Shown here one piece after another: positions 12,501 through 25,200 of a stretch of DNA of 64,000 bases. The stretch comes from Lingula anatina (taxonomy: Eukaryota; Animalia; Brachiopoda), in assembly GCA_051362555.1 (NCBI GenBank), contig CM120640.1:28296503-28360502 (forward strand), given 5' to 3'. The notes beneath the pieces are model-generated. The model saw only the letters and a list, made by a program, of their open reading frames with translations. It was not told the DNA's origin and made no database searches. How positions within the stretch are numbered: position 1 is the stretch's first letter; each line of letters opens with the position of its first letter. The position numbers and the translations under genes were made by a program.

Positions 12501-15500
12501 AATGAACTTCACTCACCGTAATATTCATACAAATGTATAAAGTATATAAAGAACATAATCGTCATTCAATTTTCATTAAAAATATTCGCATTTGCCCACC
12601 GCATACATACAGGTCTAGACGTTTTTACTTCAAGACTGCCAATGAAAAACGCACCACAAACCGTCCCTCTCTGCACAAAGTTCCATATACATTGACATCG
12701 TCCTTGAAGGCAAGTCGACTGGGGGTCCAGGCAAACATCTGGAGCTATATTTTCGTCACAGCTCTCGTTTACATTAACTTTTGGCACTGCGGAGGCAACA
12801 AAAGTGATGTAGATGTTATGGTTATCTCGCTGATGATGGTTTCTTTTGAATAACGAAAGTGCATTTCTTTTCAAAATGTATGAATTAGGGTATGGAAAAT
12901 GAAGACAATTTGTGCACTGTTTTCGTATAAGATTAATGCCAAGAAAGATGGCATTTTTTAACACTCACAACACTTCCACGATAATGAAGAGTTTCGCTGA
13001 TAGGGATAAAATCTCGGTAAACAGGAGCACCTCCCTCCGGAACAGGTAGAATTTTCCGTCCTGCACTCGTTGGGTACATTCCCACTACATGTCTTATGAA
13101 GCTTTTTCCTGGGATCTAAAATTTAATAAAAGCGTGATTTTTACGCATTGTTTCTTTTGAAATCAAAATAACATGAAAAAATCCTCCAGGTTTACGCTAG
13201 TTACAGGATTAGGTTTATTGGCAGTGTGTGATATTGACCTAGTAAATTGGAGATATATTCATGTTAATAAAACGAGGTAAATATCACTTTATTATCTTAT
13301 ATTCAAAATGATTTATAGTTTTTACTCACATGTGAAACCGATAAAAACCTTGAATGTATATGGGTCAAAGTAAAAACCCTTTTTAAGAAAAGCTTATACA
13401 AGCAATTAGCTGACATTTTTAAACGGTCGTTGCAAATTTGCCACTGGTTAGCAAAGCGGCTATAGGAAGATGTTTTAGTTAACTATGCACATATCAGGTG
13501 AGACCGAGGTTTTCTCTCACAAATAATGTAAACCCGTCTTATTTATATACAAATTATGTCTGCCAATGTTTAGAAACTGGTAAGTATGGTAAGTGTTCCC
13601 TTTATTCTTTCGTACGGCAACATATTTCACAAGGACAGCAATCGTTGTCCCTGAGTAATTCTTACCATAACTGACAAAAATTATTTCCATGGTTTATAAC
13701 CAGTTTGGGTACTGTCCCCTTTGACCTCAGAATATAACTGACCTTGTATCTTTAAAATGAACGTATGACCTGGATGAGGAAGAAAAAAATACTTACCGCA
13801 TATATGGGAGCTCGTATTTAAAAATGCCCCTTCTTGGCATACGCAGCGCCCTTGCACACAGGTAGATAGCGGAAGAGAACTGTTACAAAACCTTTCAGAA
13901 CTACACGGCATTCCATGTCCAACTGAAATGAATGATACAAAGTTCGATACATTTTTTGGAATACTCCGTGATGATAAAGTAAATGCAATTCAAAGAGCTC
14001 ACTGCATATGAATAGTTTAGCAACCAGAACAATAATCCCTAAAAACTACTCCAAGAAGCACAAATTAAGTAATTTTTCTTTTTATATCGTCTAACAGTTT
14101 CAAAGTTAGTGAAATAGACCAATGACCTTCTTTGTCACGCTGGTCGTTGAGGATCAAGATGACATCACTTACTTTTCATGCATTCGTGCTCACTTTTGTT
14201 GTAGAAACCTGGTAGACAGACACACATATCATACTGACAGGTGCTATTGTTAACATTGTCCTCACATGTCGCATTAGAAGAGCACGGACTTCCCAAAGCA
14301 ACTGAAACAGATCAATGAAGATAATCTTTGGGTTCTTCTTTTACGCAACATAGCCAAAACTTCATTTGATAAACCACAAACCACAAACTTTTCTGTTCAG
14401 TGATGTCCCACACTCTCAAAATCATATTGAAAATCATCTAACAAAGAATTAGATGCAAAATTCTGCCAGAAATCCCACCCTACCAGTTTGGTTTCATGAA
14501 AGACAGAGGCACCAGAAATGCCATATTTGTTCTCAGAATGCTCAGCGAGAGAACCTTACAACATCAACAAGACCTGTACATGGTCTTCATCGACTATCAA
14601 AAAGCCATTGACAAGATCCGACATGAGGAGCTCTTCAAAATGCTTGCAAAAAATTCAAATAGATGACAAAGATATGCGGGTTATAAGATCAGTCTACTGT
14701 GATCAGCTTGCAGCAGTCCGCCTTCCTGTAGGCATGACCAACTGGTTTCCCATCAAAAGGGGCTTGCGTCAGGGCTGTGTCATGTCTCCAGACCTTTTTA
14801 ACTTATACTCTGAAATGATCTTGAGAGATTTGGAGGATCGTCCGGAAGGAATCACAGTCAATGGTGTCAGGATAAACAATCTCCGCTATGCCGATGATAC
14901 AGTTCTTTTAGCTACATCGAGGGAGGACCTCAAAATCTCTTTGATGCTGCTATTGCCTCCAGCACAAAGCTTGGACTACATGTTAACAGCAAAAAAACAA
15001 AAACCATGGTGGTTTCAAAGTCAGAGGTCACACCACGTTGCAGATTGCCTCATGGGAACACTCCCATCGACCAGGTCTCCTCATTCAACTATCTCGGGGC
15101 ACTTGAAGACAGAAATCCAAAGAAGAATTGGCCAAGCGAAAAATGCATTCCCGTCTCGGACCAATCTTCAAGGATCGTGGGCTGTCCTTAAAGATAAAGA
15201 TCCGCCTCCTTAAAACCTATGTCTGGTCTACTGTTCTTTATGGCTGTGAGTCTTGGACTTTGACAGCAGAAAGTCAACGTAACATTGAAGCAGCTGAAAT
15301 GTGGTTCTACAGGCGAATGCTCCGAATCTCCTACATTGAGCATGTTACATATGAAGGGGTCCTTAAACAGATTGATAAAAAAAGACAGCTTCTCAACACT
15401 GTCAGAGAAAGACAACTGAAGTTCTTGGGACATTGCATCAGAAAAGAGGGATTAGAAGATCTTAGCCTGAGCGGAAGAATACCTGGCAAAAGTGCCCGAG

Positions 15501-16844
15501 GCAGACATCGAAAGTCCTTTCTTGACAATTTTGAATTACCAACAAGACACCTTTGGTCATGGGTGAGAAATAGAAACCTTTGGCAGAATATCATCGTTCG
15601 TCACACACCGAATCGGTGATGGCACATGAAGAAGAAGAAGAGGAATCTTTCAGAGAATACAGCATAATGGATTAGATTTTCAGAATTTTGAATGATGATA
15701 ATACTATACAATGAAAATCATGCTTCTGTGATGTGCAATAGTCGGTCATCACCCACTTTCGAATTTCTGACCAATCTTGAATTTCTTTTGAAAAAAATTT
15801 GATTACCTTTCTTGCAGGTGTCCATAGACGCATTAAAGTACCCTGTCAGGCAGCGGCAGGAGGTGCTGCTGCTATCGCAATAGCTGTGTTCCACTGCGCC
15901 AGAACAAAACTCGTGGACACCTATTTTGCACGTTGAACCTAGCTGGACTGTTCAGAAAAGAAAGTGTTGATACCCATAGTATAAAAGCGTTTTTGTCATT
16001 CTTAAATATAAAACCATAAAATATGAATAGAAAAAATAAGTTAATTATATATATATATATATATACAACAGCTTAATCTAAAATCTGTCCCCAGTTACCC
16101 GCTATGGGGCAAATAAATGAGTGTGGTTTATGCCAATAGATTCTTTCAACACTTAAGTCAAGAAAAGAGTACACGCTTTCAATACTTTTAATGGTTAATT
16201 TAATACAAGACTTTTCCCGAATAGTTCAAATTGTTCAAAATATGAAACTTACTTTTGGAACAACCCGCTTCTCCGTGGTTGGCGAAGTAACCAGGAATAC
16301 ACTGGCAAGTACTTTCTCTACAGGTGGTGTTGGATATATCTACGCATTGACTGTTGTTTGTACACACAACTCCAACAACTCCAGCTAATGACGCATGATA
16401 TGTTAAGGAATTGGGTTGCGGATGAAGAACTCTAGGTATTCTTTTGAAAATACTTCTGTACATGTACACCCCCCTTTTTAGCAAGACCAAGGTGCAATAT
16501 TTACAAACTACAGTATCATAAGTAATCGTACTAAAACACTTATGGCTTGAAATGTCAGCATGTGATGACAAATTATCTAAAAATCAAGAACAACTAATTA
16601 TGAAGAAATACCAAAGTGAACGTAACATAACATAACATAACATAACATAACATAATTTGACATAACATACAACTTTGCTTTATAAATTTTCAAATTTCTA
16701 TGCATTCCCGCTTGTCGCGTCTGCACTACAGTTAAGCAGCATATGATTTGCGTTTACCACGAACTGTCCGATAAGAGTGCGCATATGAAGGTTTGTAAAT
16801 GGAGAAGCTGGCACACATCGGACCTGAAGCTCTCTACAGTTGTT

Positions 16845-16903
<59 letters not shown>

Positions 16904-18262
16904 CAAATAAACTCCCTTACTTATATTACATGACGCTGTGCCTTCCACGCCGTTGAAACCAGCTGCGCACGTGCACTGGCCATTTGTACATTGGCTGTTT
17001 GGGATTGAGGTGAGACATAGGCTAGAGCTGTCGCAATATGTTCCAATCACAGTTTCTAAAGAATTAAAAAGTAAGAAGGGTAAATTGTGCCGTCAAATTG
17101 GTGTGGTAAAAAGCAATGATAGCATGTAAAGTTAAAAACATGTTAACTTGATTAGTTGTAAAAATATACAATATATTGGGTTTACTGCATTTGACATAAT
17201 TAACTGTAAATGTGAAGTTAATTTTAGCTATTTTTAGCTGAAACCTGGAGATGAAGGTTCCGTTGCAAACGATTAATCAAAATATTGGCGATTAATTAAA
17301 AGTATGCATGTATGTGTATGTTTGTGTGTGCGTGCTGCAGGTCCCACTTACTGTTTTCACACGTAGAAGAACCAAGAGCACCAAAGTAGCCATTGGCACA
17401 GTGACATATTCCTATCCAAGCGCCACTAGGTATGTTACATACAAGTAGGTATTCTGTCGCATATCTATTGCATGTAGCGTTAGATAAACAGACAGATCCT
17501 ACTCCTGAAGCTGAAAATTGCAAAAAATTAATGAGCAAATATTAGTTGGTGAGTTTTATAGGGACATGTCTCAAGACTCTCAACAAATTGTGTACTGATA
17601 ACTAAGAAATAACATTCACTTTCCTCTCGTTTCATTTGTATGGACAGAAAGGGGTTAATTGCATCATTTCAACATTTTTCTTGTCTGCAAATATGTAAAA
17701 CATCCTAGTATGATTTACAGTTGATAAAATGAGCAAACTTCAATTATGAGATAATAATTGCGTTTTATTTTTAAACAATACTTTCTCCAAAGGCTTCCGT
17801 ACTGACCAATGACACAGCTAGATCCCCCCAAATCGCCGTAGTAAGGGGATTTACATCGACAAATTCCATTGCTGCAAATACTTTGTTGCAAGTTTTCTTG
17901 ACAAAACAGATCACTTAGACAGATCATGCCAACTCGGTTTCTTCCTAAAAGTATGATATTTAGAAATGACACCAATTAATATAATACACACTTGCTACGG
18001 AGTGGCTTCGTATCAACATCGTATAGCTTAATTACCGGGCAAAATAGTGTATTTACCCGTCCGGTTAATATGAACTTGTAAATCCACAAAAGCAATTTGA
18101 AATAATTATGTTAACTTTCTTGTCCCTATTAGAATTACCAGCTTTTAGAGTCACTCCATACATCAATCCCTTTACAAAACTTTTTGCTGATTCTGTTTAC
18201 AAGTTTGGATGAAAAAAATATTATTATATTTTTTATTATCTTTGCCATAGAAAATGAAGAGA

Positions 18263-18314
<52 letters not shown>

Positions 18315-19230
18315 CGCCACAGAAGTTAAAAAATTATTTTGGAATACAAAATAAAAATGCGTTCCATACTTCTACAAACACCATCTGTTCCGTCTGGGGT
18401 GTACTCCCCTTCCTGCGCACAACGACAGCGATATCCAAGACATTTCCAATCTGATGTCCCGTTTACACAGTGACTGTCATTAAAACAAGACGTCCCAATA
18501 ACGTGCTCTGGAATGTTAGAGAAACATTTTAACACAGAACTCATTCTAAGCCCTTCAATAAATATGTGTGTATGTGTGTGAAAGAGCGAGAGAAGGGGTA
18601 ATTTATTTTAAAAAACGATTTTCTCACAGTATTTAGTGTAAGCATGGGAATATCGAGAAAGAGAGATAAAGAAAGAGAATACATACTTTTTTCACAAACA
18701 GTAGACTGGAACACCCCATAATAGCCCTGCGCGCATCTACAAATCCTATCAATGCAGACTGAATTTGGTGATATGTCGTTTCTCACGCAATCCGTTTTAT
18801 TATAGCAACTCGCAACGTCAATACCGTTCTTTGGTTTCTCTGAAAAAAGATTTGATAAACAGAGGTCAAGATTTTTAATGCAGGCCAATAAACTTCTATC
18901 AGTTTCTGCCCCTTTTTATAGCAAAAGAAGCAGGTCTCATATTTTTATGAGTCGTCAACCATGGGATTCACTAAAACCTTATCTAATTAATTAAAAGATA
19001 CGATTCATTAGATTTGTCACTGCAGCAAAAAAGATACTTGGCCAATAAAGATAAAGAGGAACACAAGCCTGCTGGACTTTACAGCATATGGCAAATTTAA
19101 TAAATATTCATTTAAAAAAATAAAATAGATAGAAAACAATGAAGGTAAACTTACCCTGTGCCCTAGAATAATCAAGGAATAAAATGATAAAAGCGATGAT
19201 CCAGATATGATTCATTGATCTTTTCATCAT
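6586..19230 (-). CDS. Type-I membrane protein: signal peptide, 16 six-Cys EB/EGF-like modules, 2 EGF, SEA, 2 EGF, TM, short tail (~1109 aa, 25 exons)
   Basis: GT-AG exons (minus): 19155-19230 (MMKRSMNHIWIIAFIILFLDYSRAQ), 18687-18839, 18370-18507, 17807-17944, 17352-17510, 16921-17055, 16253-16384, 15807-15947, 14173-14301, 13797-13922, 12969-13115, 12655-12786, 12124-12258, 11744-11872, 11309-11431, 10065-10202, 9589-9729, 9239-9361, 8746-8865, 8341-8468, 7806-8034, 7441-7584, 7223-7289, 7007-7050, 6586-6788. Sum 3330 nt, in frame. TM segment is LASVSAGGAVGAVLVIIIIVIA; TGA at 6586-6588. Domain names come from Cys spacing and motif recognition. Confidence 0.88.
14397..15641 (+). mobile_element. 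5'-truncated, frameshifted RTE-clade non-LTR retrotransposon in an intron, antisense to the host gene
   Basis: RT motifs QFGF, GLRQGCVMSPDLFNLY and LRYADD, plus the RTE C-terminal LYGCESWTL...EMWFYRRMLRI. Stop at 15619, then a (GAA)n tail at ~15628-15641. The ORF is split over three frames. Confidence 0.93.
16846..16900. repeat. (TA)n microsatellite
   Basis: Direct inspection. Confidence 0.95.
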
Positions 19231-20012
19231 AAACTGAAAGACAGATGAACATTTGAATGAATTTTATTGGAATTAAAATATCCCTCCATGAATGACATTT
19301 TGATAGACCTACTTGCCCGAGAATTATATATATTACAAAACAATTTAAAACAGGATAAAATAGAATACTTTACTCCATAAAAAGAAAACAGTAAGAATGA
19401 TACCAGGCATAGTTCCAAAATCTGTTTTTTTTTCTTTTTGCCATATTTGAAAAGCTGTGGTTTATCTGTCGAGCACTCGTTCACACTTACACTGTATACC
19501 AACATGACGACATCCTTCAATGAAATACTTGAAATAAATATATCAATTTACCTTCGAGTCTTTAGAAACCTGTTTTATGATTCGACTTTTACATCCACAG
19601 AAAGCCCAAAATTTGGAGACAGCTTCCAAAGTCACTGGAAGTCACAATGTCATTGCTGTCTAAACAGCACTCAGATTAAATACCTAATAATGCTGTGCGT
19701 AGCTACAGTAAAGCGACTTTATTCCATACGGCATAACCTCTCCCCTCGTTTTATGAAGACTTAGGGCACTTAAAGATATCGCAGCTATCCAAATAGAAAT
19801 AAATACACGTTCCTCCCATCAACTTTTATTCCCCTAATAGAAATCCGTGTCGCGCATACCAAATCAATTAGGCTTTACTACAGAGCACACTTTCATGTTC
19901 CGAGCAATTTAAAAGATAAAGTTGCTTATTGTTGACATAGCTCATATCAACCTTTATGTTAAATTTTAGGGTTTCACAAAGACACATAAGGCTAACCATT
20001 TCGAAACACTTA

Positions 20013-20701
20013 AGCCTCGGTCACAACCGGCCGTACGGGCTCTTACGGGCTGTTTGCGTCCATATTTTGCGCAAGATCTCACGTCCCACGCAAGTCCTTC
20101 TTACGCAATTTCGAGTTCACAGACAGCCTGTTAGCACGTACGGAGGATGTTGGACATGTCCAAAAGATTCTACGAATAGCCTGCGAACAGCAAGGCCGCA
20201 AGCGTAACTTGCTCCCCTCGCACTGAGTTAGCAAGAAAGACGCGCGTTGTGCAAGACGCACGTCGCAAGCAATGAAGGAGCAAGTGCCCTTTGCGTGTTG
20301 AGTAAGGCTCACGCCCTCACAACCATCGAACAAAGTCGAGAGCACACCGGGAATGCGTCGCACGTGCATCACCCCCACGCCTGGTGTATAAAAGGCGTGC
20401 TCACGACGCACGCTCGTGTCTTTACAATGGACGTCGACTGTGTAACGTGTACAACATTTTTCAAATTTTCAAAATTTTTGCTCAATTTAGTTTCTAATAT
20501 GCCTCCAAAAGGAAAGAGAAAGAAGCTTACTTAATACAAAAAAGGGAGAAGGAAGAAGAAAGAAGAGGAGAACAGGAAGCAAAACTGACGTACGCCGTCA
20601 GTACGTCACCACAAACGTGTGAGGCAAGTGTGAAGAAAAATTGACGCAAAAGGGCACTACTTTCGCCGTGCGTTGCATTCCCTCCGGTTGTGACTGAGGC
20701 T
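20013..20701. mobile_element. Non-autonomous PIF/Harbinger-type DNA transposon
   Basis: TIR agcctcggtcacaaccgg / ccggttgtgactgaggct with TTA on both sides (20010-20012, 20702-20704). GC-rich interior; paralog at 29302-30078. Confidence 0.88.
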
Positions 20702-22241
20702 TTAGTTTTACTACAAAAACAGCCGTTTTAGTGGTAAAATGCAATAGAATATATTTCCATACGTTGTTTACAATGTATTTCTTGCGGAATTTTGAATCTC
20801 AAAGGAAGAGTTATTAATGCTTTAAAATGAGCGGCTAGTCATTATAACAGCGACCATTTTCTCATAAGCTCCAATGAAAATATCAACATCAGGTACGGTC
20901 CAAAAATATATTTAAGGGATTAAATAATTTTTTGGTGTACGTAAGGTTTTATAAGAAAATTTGTGTGATATAGATAAGCATTTTGGAGATTTTCAAACCC
21001 AAGGAGTGCACCTTTAATTTGCTTCTTTATTCTAACTTTCAGTGAAAAGAGATTAAAAGAAAATCGCAAACGACAATTAAATCCGCCCTGCGGATTCAAC
21101 GCCTGGTATCCGGGATAAGATGTAGCACGCGGCTGTCAAAGGAAGGGGAGAACAGCCCGGCACTACCAACAACACTTGACATTCTAGACAGGAACACGCA
21201 GTTGTCCCGCCATTGGAGGCCATTCGTTGATCCACCGGTAACGCGCCCCTGAAATTTTGAAGCAGAAACTCACAGCTAACCTCTCACTGTCTGAGGCGGC
21301 TCGTGCAGAGGATCAGTACATTACATAAGATATTTTGATTAGTTCACTTTGCATGGCGTGGAATGAAAAACAAAAGCTTAAATCAAGTAGGATGAAAATT
21401 TTCTCTGATAGGGCGGAACAGACTAAAACGATCACTTCGAAGTGAAGAAATTGCTTTAAATTTGTTTCCCACATATTCCAGTTTTTTATTATTAACATCA
21501 CACAAAACACAATAAATGAATAAGATAAAAGATCAAATTTCACAGAGTACACGAAAGCAACAATGAAAGCAATACAAACCACATTCAAAGGAATAAACAA
21601 TACATTGCGCTACAAAATGTATACAGTATGTAATTTAAGAGACCGGACCTGTTATTTTGACAGGGTAAACAAAGATTTTCAAACACATGACACCCACATA
21701 TGTCTGCTTTCATTTTTATTAGAATATAAACCCACAAGATGGCCAAATCTTCAAAAAATCCTCTGTAGTATCTGTACAAAAGTGAAGTTTCAATTTATTT
21801 ATGGACAGAAATTCCGTCAGCTCACAGAATATTTATGTCGCGGCATTTTGTTTCTTATAATTATTATACTTATTCATATTTCTACAAATTTCCAATCGTT
21901 TTATAATTTTACTTTATCTAGCTCCTTATAGGTCTAATTCGTGTTATAATATCTTCCAACATCTTATTCAGCTTTTCATAACACGTATTATAACCCGCCA
22001 GCCTGGCTCTAGTTTCACTCTGTTGGTCTCCACACTGAGCAAGAAAGTATTAAATGTATTAAAAGGGTTAGTGATGCATTATAAGTGATGACATATTATG
22101 GTGTAAGGACATTATTTTCGTGAGTCTGACAAAATAAATCTTGTTTATCACTTAAGGATAGGGCCTACATGCACATATATTCGTACCGCCAAGCGAATAT
22201 TCTTGTATACACTGTAGTAGGTGAGGAGAAACAACAGCAAA

Positions 22242-25200
22242 ATGCCCACTTCATCCTGCAAAAAGTGTGACCCAAAATCGACCAAAGGATGCCTTATAAA
22301 GAACAGATTACTGATCGTTTCGATGATTGGGATATGTTTAGGTATCACCCTTGGCTTAAGGCTTCGACCAGCTTCCCTCTCGGAATCCACCATAATGTGG
22401 ATAGGTATTTGGGGAGAGTTATTTCTGCGCATGCTCCGAATGATCATCATTCCGCTGGTAATAGCTTGTCTGGTTACAGGTAACCGAGTTTTTTTCCTGA
22501 TTTTTGTACAGTGAAAAAAAGGTACATTGTCAGACGGATTCAGAAGCTCTACGCTAGCACGTTTTATGCGTTTTTATCACTTGCATAGTAGAATGCAAAT
22601 TTGCACTTTGAAACAAGGTTGAAAATGTAGGCCCCATTTTTCTCATTTATATAAATTATGGTAATTATATACAACGTATATCTATAAGGTAATACATTGT
22701 CTTTAATTGGTAACATGTATTCTAAGTAAGTGATGGGGGAATCAGTTTCATATATACAGTACCAAAAATAATGCCTAAAGGCACGATTAAGAGTGTGAGG
22801 CAGAGGCAGGCAAAAGAAACCATGAAAAGGACCCCCCCCCCCCCCCCCCCACACACACACACAGATACAGTACAGTATTATGTTATACTTCAGGTGTCGG
22901 AGCTTTAGAAGACAAGGCCAGTGGTCGTCTTGGAATTGCAACTCTGGTGTACATAATTGTTACCCAGATTATTGGGGTCATGATTGGTATTATACTGGCA
23001 GTTTCTATCAGACCAGGAACTAATTTGGGCGATGAACCTCAATTTGGAACTGCCAGTAGCACAGAATATGGGGATACATTTGCAGATATGTTAAGGTGTG
23101 TGTGTGTCTGTGTGTGGAAAAAATATACGACTCATTTGCCGTTGACTGTATGCTAAATGCATCGAAAAAATAAAGCATTCAGGTCCGTAGGTTTCGAAAA
23201 ATTCCTTTTTTTTTTTTTTGAGGGGGGGGGGAGGAAGGGGGTTGAAAGACTGAAATACTTGTGTGTGGAACAAACTTATTAGGTCTGTCAATACCGTCCG
23301 TGGTACTTATCTAGATGCTGACTTAAGGAAAAGTAAGTGTGATCGACTGTGAGAAAAGAAATAAGGCGAAGGATCCCCCAAACATTTTAATTTTTCAAAC
23401 ACCTCTAATAGTATCCCCAGGTACCTACTGGCCTGACACCAGAGAAAATGTAACTTGTGTTTTAGGCTTCTTCAATTAAATGTGTGCTGAGATCAGATAA
23501 TAATTTCGTGTTTCTTTTTGATAGAAACCTCTTCCCAGAAAACGTGGTTCAGGCATGCTTGCAACATGTGGGGACCGAGGTTTCCTCAAACACAAGCAAG
23601 AAAAATGCCGGTTTGACCACGAATTTGACCATGCCATCAAAATTGGTGATTTATAAAGATGGAACAAACTTATTAGGTCTGTCCATTTTCAACACACACA
23701 CACACACACACACACATACACACACACACACAAAGAAAAATACTCAAACCATCTTGCACTTCAATATAAAAGATATTTCTAAACAGATAGAATAAGAATA
23801 CTTTTTTTCGTTTGCTTATTTCTATAGATCTGTCAATGAATATCAAAACTTTGGGCCACAAAATTAAAAATTTTACGCTTACTATTAAAAAATTGATTAA
23901 CATAGCGGAGCTTTAACATCTAGTATCTAAGCATTTACTTTTCTTTTTCAAGGGATGGTAGTATTCAGTTTTGTGTTTGGTTGGAGAGTTCACGCTGCCG
24001 ATGAAGTTGGAAAGCCTGTTTACAACTTCTTTGTCGGGGTCTCAGTGGTCATATTCAATATGTTGACTCTAATCTTTTGGTAAATATTTTAAGAAGAACG
24101 CTATTGATCATACAAAATCAAGTGACCATTGTATCTCATTGTCATCAAATTCTGTCTATTCATTTTATTTTATTTTATTATTTTTTTTTTTGTAATTTAG
24201 TTTCTCGACTTTAAAAGGTTGGGGAAAGCGCCTTTAGAACAAAGTCGCTGAACCTCTAAGCCAAATATTTACTATTCACTGGTGGATTCAGATTATTTAA
24301 ACTTTTCTCATCGCCATTTTTGTGATCCTTTTTTTAGATAGCTTCAAATAACTTATTTACTTGCATGTTGTCACTGGCAGGTATGCTCCACTGGGAATTG
24401 CCAGTTTGATAGCGGCCTCCATTCTTCGTGTTGAAGACATCTCAACGGCCTTCCAGTCACTTGGTCTACTCGTTCTTAGCGTCGTTGTTGGTAACCTGTT
24501 TCATATGTTGGTAGTTTTGCCGTTTATTTACTTCGCCTTTGTGCGCAAGAACCCCTACAAGTACATGTTTAACTTCCTGGAAGCATTGCTGGTCGGAATA
24601 GTGCCACCAAGCGGGTAGAGCTATCCAGTTTTGTGTTAACTAAAGTATATACATTTTCGATCGTTTTAGGAACAAACAGTTCATTCTACCGTGTACTTGG
24701 CTTAAGTATTTGTCAAGTGTCACCCTAAATTTATGTTTTTCTTTTCAAAGAAGCACCAAATCTTTGTGGTAGGATGTGATGTTATGTTATGTTATGTTAT
24801 GTTGCGCTATGATAGAATCGGAGCATATTCCATGATTTCCATCATACCTGAATGTCGTGGACAAACCTATCCCATACTTCAAATCCATTTATTTATAACA
24901 TAAGTGGATGTGATAGGTGTGACAGTATAGCAGCATTTAAGTAATTTGCTGTAGAAAGGTTGACGAATTAACCGACGGTTTTTGGCTTAAACACATTTCT
25001 CCAAAAATCAAATGTCTGTAGATGCTCAATGTACTAAGAGTCAATTTTAATATCTTAAAATCAATCACGATATTGTTTAAAAAGGTTGCACACGTTTGCA
25101 GTTACAGTCCATTCCAGAGAATAGGTGCTGCAATAATCAAGAACGTCTTCATCGTCCCCAGCGGCAGTCTGGTTTTATAAGTCATCATCTGCAGTGCAAT

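Noticed and set aside
18254-18454. Poly-Lys, poly-Phe and YI/CV-repeat ORFs (also 59049, 55905, 28776)
   Set aside because: They are translations of homopolymers and microsatellites.
19956-20534. Cluster of overlapping ORFs (also 29332-30046)
   Set aside because: They lie inside GC-rich non-autonomous transposons and show no transposase or Myb-like motifs.
20705-21017. Kolobok-like terminus gtgcacctttaa (similar motifs near 51900 and 54885)
   Set aside because: No matching second terminus could be identified.
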